A stretch of 50,285 nt of DNA, taken from contig JBDSOU010000123.1 of NCBI GenBank assembly GCA_039914625.1, positions 1 through 50,285 of the forward strand, in the 5' to 3' direction. The stretch is from Bacteroidia bacterium. GTDB lineage: Bacteria > Bacteroidota > Bacteroidia > AKYH767-A > OLB10. The stretch's first letter is position 1, and each line of letters begins with the position of its first letter. The translations under genes and the position numbers were made by a program. The notes beneath the pieces are model-generated. The model did no database searches and was not told where the DNA came from. It saw only the letters and a program-made list of their open reading frames with translations. Shown here in pieces: positions 9,748 to 16,989 of the stretch.

Positions 9748-9902
9748 TTTAACGAAGTTTCCTGGCGGGTTTTTAATTTTCAATAAACGAAGCCTGCAAT
9801 TTTTTTTGCGGGCTTTTGTTTTTGGAGGGTTGGGGAAATAAAATTACTTTTGGGTTTATTAAATTAACATTGCTGAGTCCCGCAAACGGAGACTGCAAGA
9901 AC
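9748..9902 (+). repeat. intergenic composite repeat, full copy R3 (82-bp left module with terminator-like hairpin, middle module, REP-like hairpin)
   Basis: 9748-9830 is near-identical to 11461-11542. 9832-9868 matches 10736-10773 and 6936-6970. Hairpin 9869-9902 is attgctgagtcccgcaaacggagactgcaagaac. Confidence 0.8.
9790..9825 (+). terminator. putative intrinsic terminator downstream of the GIY-YIG-like ORF (part of repeat R3)
   Basis: aagcctgcaa-ttttt-ttgcgggctt is followed by ttgttttt, about 65 nt after the stop codon at 9725. Confidence 0.45.
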
Positions 9903-9966
9903 ACAGAAATAAACTACATAGCTCTCAAAAACTCTTCCGATATTTACCGCCTTAATAAAAAATAAA

Positions 9967-10524
9967 ATGAGCATAAACACCAACAGACTTTCCAAAACAA
10001 TTAATGCAGCCCTCAACGCACAACTTACCAAAGAAGCTCATGCATCACAAATTTATTTATCCTATGGCGCATGGGCTGACAGCGAGGGGTACGGAGGCAT
10101 TTCAAACTTTCTTTTACGTCATGCGCAGGAAGAACGCAACCACATGACCAAGGTGCTTGAGTATATTTTAAAGCGTGGCGGCAAGGCTTTAATTACAGCC
10201 ATCCCTGCTCCTCCTGCAAACCCCACCAGCATTTATAATTGTTTCGAAAAAGTTTTTACGCACGAAGTGGATAATACCAAATCCATTTACGCCATTGTAA
10301 AACTAAGCCATGACGAAGGTGACTGGGCAACGTGGAATTTTATGCAGTGGTTTGTTAAAGAACAGATAGAAGAAGAAACGCTTGCGCTTAGCCTGCTTGA
10401 CAAATTAAAAATTGCCGGTGGCGAAAAAGTAAACAGCAATACACTATACTCACTGGACCGCGACCTGGAAAACACCTCTGATGATGCACGGTCTGCGGAG
10501 AGTGTAACGGCTGAAAATCCGTAG
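9967..10524 (+). CDS. ftnA: non-heme ferritin
   Basis: 185 aa. LNAQLTKEAHASQIYLSYGAWAD...LLRHAQEERNHMTKVLEYI...HEV....I...........DWATWNFMQWFVKEQIEEE shows the ferroxidase-centre E/ExxH/E/QxxE pattern of bacterial ferritins. Confidence 0.9.
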   Translation: MSINTNRLSKTINAALNAQLTKEAHASQIYLSYGAWADSEGYGGISNFLLRHAQEERNHMTKVLEYILKRGGKALITAIPAPPANPTSIYNCFEKVFTHEVDNTKSIYAIVKLSHDEGDWATWNFMQWFVKEQIEEETLALSLLDKLKIAGGEKVNSNTLYSLDRDLENTSDDARSAESVTAENP

Positions 10525-10735
10525 GGATATACTATCCTTGTTTTGCGCCTCTGTCAGTGTTAACTTTATTAACAAATTAACAGTTATTAACAAAAGAAAA
10601 AGTAGCAAAAAGAAAATTCTACATCATCAAGTATTAATCTCTTATAATATGGTTTTGCAAAAGTTAAGGAGGACGAAAGGGAAAAGAGTACCGAAGGGGG
10701 TACCGAAAACGGAAACGCTGCAAGGAAGCAAGGGA

Positions 10736-10806
10736 TGTGGAAATAGGATTATTTTTGGGTTCATGAAGTTAACATTGCAGTGTCCCGAAATGGGAGACTC
10801 AGAAAA
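10736..10806 (+). repeat. intergenic repeat family, copy R4 (middle module plus REP-like hairpin)
   Basis: tgtggaaataggattatttttgggttcatgaagttaacattgcagtgtcccgaaatgggagactcagaaaagg aligns along its length with 9832-9902. Confidence 0.75.
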
Positions 10807-11044
10807 GGACAGAAGATAAAAATTATCGGCAGGCACCCGTTCGCTCAACTGAAAGATGGCAAACAGTTTTTCGGTGTTTTGCTTTTTACCTTTGAGTGCA
10901 ATTTAATGTTGCCTGATGCTGTTTTAGCAAGCATTACTAATTATTCATTTACATACTTTTACACTTGTGCAACTAACACATGAAGATAAGTTTGCATTCT
11001 CAGTCAGCCTCGAAGGAAAACCAACAAGGGCCGAATATGCTTAA

Positions 11045-11359
11045 TTATTTAATAATAGTAACGGCCTGACTGATAGTTGCCGATTTACTACTATGATGTG
11101 CTGTCAACATAATAACATAATTTCCAGTATGAGGATATTTATGTTTTACAGGTGAGCCACTACCTGTGGAACCATCTCCGAAATCCCAGAAATAACTATC
11201 GGCATCTTTACTGCACGAAGCATCATATTGAATTTCTTCATTCTCTTTAGCAGTCTTTCCTTTATCGACTGTGAAACACGCTTCAGGAGTTTTGGTACAA
11301 CTTGCTATTAAGATTGTAACACCAAGGAATGCAATTAAATTTACAATTGTTTTTTTCAT
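11045..11359 (-). CDS. small PKD-domain lipoprotein
   Basis: 104 aa. Lipoprotein signal MKKTIVNLIAFLGVTILIASC. PKD signature YFWDFGDGSTGSGSPVKHKYPHTGNYVIMLTA. Confidence 0.8.
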   Translation of the reverse strand: MKKTIVNLIAFLGVTILIASCTKTPEACFTVDKGKTAKENEEIQYDASCSKDADSYFWDFGDGSTGSGSPVKHKYPHTGNYVIMLTAHHSSKSATISQAVTIIK

Positions 11360-11460
11360 AAATTTTTATTTTATCTAATCAAGAAAGGGATAATACGGAT
11401 AGTGAAAAAATAGGTTTCATCAACTAAAAACTTTAATAATCCAGTTGCAGGACCAGGCAG

Positions 11461-11604
11461 GTTAACGAAGTTTTCTGCCGGGTTTTTAATTTTCAATAAA
11501 CGAAGCCCGCAATTTTTTTGCGGGCTTTTGTTTTTGGAGGGGTGAGGAAATAGGATTACTTTTCGGTGGAGAAAATCAGTACGTGCAGACACGAACTGAG
11601 GCGG
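11461..11604 (+). repeat. intergenic composite repeat, copy R5
   Basis: 11461-11542 is near-identical to 9748-9830 and includes the hairpin aagcccgcaatttttttgcgggctt. The following ggaaataggattacttttcggtgg matches the middle module. The terminal hairpin module is degenerate. Confidence 0.8.
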
Positions 11605-11716
11605 AAAAGTTTTTAATTTAATTTAAAAAGACATTCATTAAAATCATTTTATATTTTTAAAAAGTTTATTTTCGTATTTGATTTTTTCAGGGTCTCTTGG
11701 CAGAAATCGGAAGTTG

Positions 11717-11830
11717 TTCCGCCATCGTTAGTGGGAAGATGCCCTCGCCTGTGTCCCCACAGCGAGAAAATCGGAGAAATAATCTTCATTGCCATATAGA
11801 ATAGTGTTTAAGAAATCCAAATTCATCTGT
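11717..11830 (+). repeat. solo duplicate of the left 114 bp of the MITE at 11897-12174
   Basis: Aligns base for base with 11897-12010, with 4 mismatches by my count. The two copies start 180 bp apart. Confidence 0.85.
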
Positions 11831-11896
11831 TTCTGTTTCATAAAATTTAACTGATGAATATTTATAGTTAACTGGTTCATCCGACAAACTTCATTT

Positions 11897-12174
11897 TTCC
11901 GCCATCGTTAGTGGGAAGAGGCCCTCGCCTGTGTCCCCACAGCGAGGAGTTCGGAGAAATAATCTTCATTGCCATATAGAATAGTGTTTAAGAAATCCAA
12001 ATTCATCTGTATAGTTGTCGTATAAAAATAGACAGTGTTTAATTCCATTTGAAGGGTAAAGGTAATAAAGAATTGGCTGCTATTAATAATGGCAGTGATA
12101 TGAGGGCTTTGTTTTTTCGATTTCCTCGCTGTGGGGACACAGGCGAGGGCTTTTTGCACTAACGATGGCGGAAA
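11897..12174. mobile_element. MITE-like non-autonomous element, ~278 bp with ~50-bp terminal inverted repeats
   Basis: The left end is ttccgccatcgttagtgggaagaggccctcgcctgtgtccccacagcgagga. The reverse complement of 12123-12174 is ttccgccatcgttagtgcaaaaagccctcgcctgtgtccccacagcgagga. There is no credible internal gene; ORF 11908..12177 has no recognisable features. Confidence 0.65.
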
Positions 12175-12248
12175 CATTGTTCAGAAATATGGCACTTACC
12201 TGCGCCCCAGCCTGTACAATCATTTAGATCCGATGACCCGCACCGAGC
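12174..12248 (+). pseudogene. 75-bp fragment of a second GIY-YIG-like gene copy
   Basis: aacattgttcagaaatatggcacttacctgcgccccagcctgtacaatcatttagatccgatgacccgcaccgag aligns with 9582-9656 of the intact gene, about 68/75 identical by my count. It encodes NIVQKYGTYLRPSLYNHLDPMTRTE, versus NIVQKYGSYLRPSLYNHLDLMIRTE in the intact copy. Confidence 0.8.
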
Positions 12249-12580
12249 AGGCATTACCCGAACTCAAACAAATCTGTGAAAAATATCCTTACATGGTAAA
12301 AAGTTGGATGACTAACTGGTCGCGGTTATTTGCTTACTTCAAATATCCAAAAGAAATCCGCAGAATTATGTATACTACTAACATGATTGAATCATTCCAC
12401 AGCCAACTAAGAAAAATTATAAAAACAAAACGCGTATTCTCTACCGACCAATCATTATTAAAACTAATCTGCGTAATATATCAAAACATGAAACAGGGCT
12501 GGACAGGACATGTTAACTCATGGAAATTAACTTACTCACAACTGATGATTATCTTTGAAGAACGAATCAAACAAAACTAA
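12248..12580 (+). pseudogene. C-terminal ~110 codons of an IS256-family (Mutator-type) transposase, 5'-truncated
   Basis: ...YPYMVKSWMTNWSRLFAYFKYPKEIRRIMYTTNMIESFHSQLRKIIKTKRVFSTDQSLLKLI... matches the conserved IS256 C-terminal block (YTTNxIESxxxxxRK...F). The N-terminal ~300 aa are absent. It is fused in frame to the GIY-YIG fragment in ORF 12131..12580. Confidence 0.8.
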
Positions 12581-12622
12581 GACCTGACACAGTTTATTGA
12601 ACAGACCCGTTGGATGAACAAA

Positions 12623-12948
12623 CCAATTCCATTTCACCAAGTACCAACGCGTTTTCTTCAACCGCCAACTGCTTTTCATCCTCCTCCAATTGCTTTTTAC
12701 CTGATGCCAACCCGTTTTCATCAACCGCCAATTGCTTTTCATCAGTTGCCAACCTGTTTTGCTCAGGTGTCAACTGCGTTTAATCAGGAGTCAACACGTT
12801 TTCCACGACCTCCAACTGCTTTTCACCGGGTGTCAACCTGCTTTGCTGCCACAGAAACGGGTACTGCTGCCACACCATTTATGATTGCTGTCACAGAAGT
12901 ATGGTTTGCTGCCACGCTATTTGTGATTGCTGCCACAACAGTTGCACC
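12623..12948. repeat. array of ~15 degenerate 21-bp tandem repeats (two sub-families)
   Basis: Eleven units of consensus CCAACnnGTTTTCATCAnnnG span 12623-12853, for example ccaacgcgttttcttcaaccg, ccaactgcttttcatcctcct, ccaacccgttttcatcaaccg. Five units of TGCTGCCACAnnnnnTnnGnT span 12844-12948. Both strands are open across the array. Confidence 0.85.
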
Positions 12949-13098
12949 AAACTGACCGGAAAATGCTTTTCTGACTGCACTATTGACAGGTGAAAGCCCC
13001 ATATCATCAGGGATTGTTCATGCAAACAATTTAACCCGCACATCATCGCGGAATTTTGTCATTTAAAATTATCGCCTGTCAATAACTTTTCAATTCCT

Positions 13099-13131
13099 TT
13101 TGGCGCACGTAATAGAGAAAAACTATATTTG
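13099..13131 (+). promoter_or_regulatory. candidate Bacteroidota sigma-A promoter for recJ
   Basis: TTTG (13099-13102), a 21-nt spacer, then TATATTTG (13124-13131), which matches the TAnnTTTG -7 consensus. It lies 42 nt upstream of the ATG. Confidence 0.4.
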
Positions 13132-13172
13132 TGATTCAAGGGTGCGATTTTTGAACGTTATACAATCAGCTG

Positions 13173-14885
13173 ATGAAAAAAAAATGGGTAGTAAAACAGC
13201 ACGGTGATCAGCGCATCATTGATGATCTTTCAAAGCAGCTTAACATTAACAGCGTATTGTCAGCGCTGCTTGTGCAACGGGGAATTTCCACCTTTGAGGA
13301 AGCAAAATCATTTTTTCGCCCCACGTTAACTATGCTTCACGATCCGTTCCTCATGAAGGATATGGACAAGGCAGTTGACCGTATAGACGAAGCCATCCTG
13401 AACAAAGAAAAAATTATGATTTATGGCGATTATGATGTGGATGGCACTACAGCCGTTTCGCTGGTGTATCTTTTCTTTAAAGAACGTTATGATCCGATCA
13501 GCTTTTATATACCGGACCGCAATATAGAAGGCTACGGAATTTCTTTCAAAGGAATTGATCATTCAAAAGAAAATGGAATTACGCTGATAATTGCTCTCGA
13601 CTGTGGCATCAAAGCCAACGATAAGGTGGAGTATGCAACTAAGCTGGGCATAGATTTTATTATTTGCGACCATCACCGCCCGGGAGCGGAAATTCCTGCT
13701 GCCGTGGCGGTATTGGATCCCAAACGTAACGATTGTTCGTATCCGTTTGATGAACTTTCAGGATGCGGAATAGGTTTTAAATTGTTGCAGGGATATGTAC
13801 AAAAACACAAACTTGATTTTGCAATTCTTGAACCCTTTCTTGACCTGGTTGCAGTGAGCATTGCGGCTGACATAGTTCCCATAAAAGGTGAAAACCGCAT
13901 ACTTGCTTATTACGGTTTGAAACGGATTAACAGCAGTCCCCGTGCAGGCATACAGGCAATAATTGAAGTGAGCGGATTTAAAAAAGAGCTTACTATCAGT
14001 GATGTGGTATTTACAATTGCACCGCGTATTAACGCAGCGGGAAGAATTGAAAGCGGCAACTCCGCTGTGGAATTGCTCATTTCAGGATGTCCTGATTCGG
14101 CAAAATTTAAAGGCGATGATATTAATAAACAGAATATCACGCGTAAATCATTGGATCAGAATATTACCGAACAGGCGCTTGCGCTCATTGCACAGGATGA
14201 TAAATTCTTAAAGCGGAAATCAACCGTGCTGTATGGTCCTGAATGGCATAAAGGGGTCATCGGAATTGTTGCATCGCGGATTATGTCGGAATGGTATTAC
14301 CGTCCTACTATAATTCTTACCCGCAGCAACGGGCATGTAAGCGGTTCGGCACGAAGCGTAAAAGATTTTGACATTTACAATGCTATTGAATCGTGCAGCG
14401 ATTTGCTCGAACAGTTTGGCGGACACATGTATGCAGCCGGGCTTACGTTAAAGCCTGAGAATGTGGAAGCTTTCCGCGACCGTTTTGAAGAAGTGGTTGC
14501 CGGATCAATTGAAGACCGCATGCTGGTGCGCGAAATTGAAATTGATGCTGAAATAAAACTTTCAGACATCACTCAAAAATTTTATAATATACTGAAACAA
14601 TTTGCTCCCTTCGGACCGGGAAATATGGCTCCTGTTTTTAAAACAGCAGGTGTAAGCGATACAGGGTTTTCGCGAATGGTAGGAAGTAAAACCCCGCGAC
14701 ATCTTAAATTAGTTTTAAAAGAAAACGGGCATAAAAAAGAAGTTGACGGAATAGCTTTTCAGCTTGGTGAATACTTGAATGAAATTCAGAAAAATCAACC
14801 GTTCGACATTTGCTACCACATTGAAGAAAATGTTTTCAGAGACGAAACAAACTTGCAGTTGAATATAAAGGATATTCAGTTTTGA
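13173..14885 (+). CDS. recJ: single-stranded-DNA-specific exonuclease RecJ
   Basis: 570 aa. DHH-family motifs are IYGDYDVDGTTA, ALDCG, DHHRPG. The DHHA1 motif GGHMYAAGLT is present. Overall length and order are typical of RecJ. Confidence 0.95.
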   Translation: MKKKWVVKQHGDQRIIDDLSKQLNINSVLSALLVQRGISTFEEAKSFFRPTLTMLHDPFLMKDMDKAVDRIDEAILNKEKIMIYGDYDVDGTTAVSLVYLFFKERYDPISFYIPDRNIEGYGISFKGIDHSKENGITLIIALDCGIKANDKVEYATKLGIDFIICDHHRPGAEIPAAVAVLDPKRNDCSYPFDELSGCGIGFKLLQGYVQKHKLDFAILEPFLDLVAVSIAADIVPIKGENRILAYYGLKRINSSPRAGIQAIIEVSGFKKELTISDVVFTIAPRINAAGRIESGNSAVELLISGCPDSAKFKGDDINKQNITRKSLDQNITEQALALIAQDDKFLKRKSTVLYGPEWHKGVIGIVASRIMSEWYYRPTIILTRSNGHVSGSARSVKDFDIYNAIESCSDLLEQFGGHMYAAGLTLKPENVEAFRDRFEEVVAGSIEDRMLVREIEIDAEIKLSDITQKFYNILKQFAPFGPGNMAPVFKTAGVSDTGFSRMVGSKTPRHLKLVLKENGHKKEVDGIAFQLGEYLNEIQKNQPFDICYHIEENVFRDETNLQLNIKDIQF

Positions 14886-14923
14886 TGTGCGAACAGCAAT
14901 TTTCCAACTTCCAACCTCCACTT

Positions 14924-15817
14924 CTAATTTCCGGCTTCCTTTTTCTCATCCATCCTTATCCGGTAAACAATTCCTGCCTTGAAAAGCACTCCGTCATTCA
15001 CATCAAGTTCGTTATAATGGGTTGTGCCGTTTTCACGGACACCTGTACGGTATTTTCTTAAAACAGATTGGCCTGCTTGGAGGTTTAACACAATATTTTT
15101 TGTGAGGTAGGTGTCTAAATATATTTTTACATGGTTGTCATCCATTCTTAAAAAGCTATCATCAGCAAAACGGTAAGAATTAATTATAAAGTTTGCCTCA
15201 AAACCTGCATAAAAAGTTTTGTTGAATTTATATTCCAGGTTCAGTTGGTTGGGAAATACTCCGAAAATACCCAGTTTTTCAGAAACCTTCCATTCAACTC
15301 CAATCAAGGGAACAACAAGAGCCCCGAAATGTTCACTGTTGTAATACACCCCGAATTTATAACTTAATTTTTCATTCTTCTTATACGTGGCTAACACGGC
15401 TCCGCCCATTTGGTAATCGTTGCCACTCACATTTTTCATCTCTGTATTAAGTCGCGGAATAGCAACAAAGGCTGTGGACCATTTTTCATTTTTCCATTGT
15501 TTAAGATAGGTTAACGACATTCCGATTCCATATAGTTTTTGTTTTGGGTTTTCCCAAAATCGCAGTTCATAATAATCAGCAAACGGGTTAATGATTACAT
15601 AGTCCTTTTTAACTTTAAATGCAGCCTGAAGGCTGGCTGAAATTAAATTGGTTTTTAATGAATTTTCATTAGAATGATACAACGATTTATTTGGGCTTTG
15701 CTGCCAGTAAATGTTGGCAACATCAAAAAATGGCTGAGCATTAGATTGCTTCATCCAAAACAGGAGAACAAAAAGAAAAATGGATGTTGCACTTCTGTTT
15801 TTTTTTGCTTTCATCAT
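14924..15817 (-). CDS. putative outer-membrane beta-barrel protein
   Basis: 297 aa. Signal peptide ...FLFVLLFWMKQSNAQ. Alternating hydrophobic beta-strand pattern and aromatic-rich C-terminal strand (GVLFKAGIVYRI). No specific family asserted. Confidence 0.6.
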   Translation of the reverse strand: MMKAKKNRSATSIFLFVLLFWMKQSNAQPFFDVANIYWQQSPNKSLYHSNENSLKTNLISASLQAAFKVKKDYVIINPFADYYELRFWENPKQKLYGIGMSLTYLKQWKNEKWSTAFVAIPRLNTEMKNVSGNDYQMGGAVLATYKKNEKLSYKFGVYYNSEHFGALVVPLIGVEWKVSEKLGIFGVFPNQLNLEYKFNKTFYAGFEANFIINSYRFADDSFLRMDDNHVKIYLDTYLTKNIVLNLQAGQSVLRKYRTGVRENGTTHYNELDVNDGVLFKAGIVYRIRMDEKKEAGN

Positions 15818-16020
15818 GGATTATGTTTTTTCAGAATAATGTTTCAGGAATTTATGCTATTCTTTTTTTAAGGGGTTAGACGCAATGTTTTGCTTTCAGT
15901 TTGATCAATTATTTTCACCAGAGAATTTTCACAAGGACAATTTTTTCAAATGTGGTTAAAATATTTCTATTTCAAATTATTTTTCTATCTTGCATCAATA
16001 AATGTATAAATCTCAAGATC

Positions 16021-16704
16021 ATGAATAAGTTATGGATTGCAATTATTGCACTAATTACAACAAGTATATCCTTACGGGCACAAAATTTTGAAGGGAGTTA
16101 CCTGATGCATATCGAAAATGTGAAACAGAAGAACACTGCTGATATGCAGCTGACATTTAAAGGTGAAAAATCATGCATGGAGATGATCACCGCTCAAAAT
16201 GCCGGAAAGTTTAAAACTATCATTGATAAAAAGGAAAAGACCATGACCATTCTTGTCTCAAAGGATGAAACCAATAAGGTGGCAATGGTTCGCAAAATGC
16301 CAGATGCTTCAGAAATGGCAAATAAAGAAGGAAAAGAACCTAAAATTACAGTGACTGATGAAGCAAAAACCATTGAAGGGTATAACTGCAAAAAAATAAT
16401 TGCAGAAAGCGATGACAATACTACAGAAATGTGGGTAACTGAAGAATTGGGTCTCACTTATGCTGACATGGTCGGCATGATGCAAAGCGGAGGAGGCGCT
16501 TCATCTAACATGGCAGCGAATATGCACAATTACAAAGATGTAAAAGGCATTCCGCTTGAAATGCACATGAGCAGTAAACTTAAACCCGATGAAAAAACTG
16601 TTATAACAATAAAGAATATTAAGAAGGGAAATGTGGACGCTTCCATATTTGATACAACCGGTTACCAGTTTATGGATATGAGCAAGATGGGAGCCGGCAA
16701 ATAA
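16021..16704 (+). CDS. secreted protein, DUF4412-like
   Basis: The ATG at 16021 gives signal peptide MNKLWIAIIALITTSISLRAQ. The ORF-track start at 15901 is a non-ATG codon upstream. The pattern FEGSY...M.....TIEGYNCKK......T.MWVTEELG resembles DUF4412 proteins; this is from memory and not verified. Confidence 0.6.
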   Translation: MNKLWIAIIALITTSISLRAQNFEGSYLMHIENVKQKNTADMQLTFKGEKSCMEMITAQNAGKFKTIIDKKEKTMTILVSKDETNKVAMVRKMPDASEMANKEGKEPKITVTDEAKTIEGYNCKKIIAESDDNTTEMWVTEELGLTYADMVGMMQSGGGASSNMAANMHNYKDVKGIPLEMHMSSKLKPDEKTVITIKNIKKGNVDASIFDTTGYQFMDMSKMGAGK

Positions 16705-16989
16705 ATTTTTCAGTCAAAGAATTCTGAAATTAAAGTTAAAATATATGAGGCATCTCTGAGTATCTCTAAAAACAACAGGGGATTTTATTTTTTTTCAGAG
16801 ATTCTTTTTTCTTATCCCGATGATTTTTATATCCCGTGAATTTTAATTTTTTTTTTTGGGTTCTTTATAAATTCACTCCATATTCTTTTTAAATTCTTTG
16901 GTAACTGTAAGTATATGCTTTTGTATTTTTGACAATTATTGTTTTTCATTTCATACCTTTTAAAAAGTTACCTCGTGAAGTTTTCTCTG

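Noticed and set aside
10538-10983. ORFs 10538..10819 (+), 10642..10848 (-) and 10780..10983 (+) between ferritin and the PKD lipoprotein gene
   Set aside because: They overlap each other and the repeat copy R4. The products are basic and low-complexity with no recognisable motifs. The region is better explained as non-coding repeat DNA.
11371-11592. ORF 11371..11592 (-), 73 aa
   Set aside because: It is made almost entirely of repeat copy R5, including its terminator-like hairpin. The equivalent copy at 9748-9830 is not in an ORF.
11908-12177. ORF 11908..12177 (-), 89 aa, inside the MITE
   Set aside because: It starts and ends inside the terminal inverted repeats and has no motif. It is likely a fortuitous frame in a non-autonomous element.
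12614-12955. ORF 12614..12955 (+, 113 aa) and ORF 12536..12742 (-, 68 aa) as protein-coding genes; also a CRISPR interpretation of the array
   Set aside because: Both strands are open across the same 21-bp repeats, so openness is uninformative, and neither ORF has a recognisable promoter. It is not a CRISPR because the units abut without unique spacers and the period is only 21 bp. It is kept as a repeat-array finding instead.
15901-16020. Upstream non-ATG start at 15901 for the DUF4412-like gene
   Set aside because: The 40 extra residues are hydrophobic junk preceding a perfect signal peptide that starts at the ATG at 16021.
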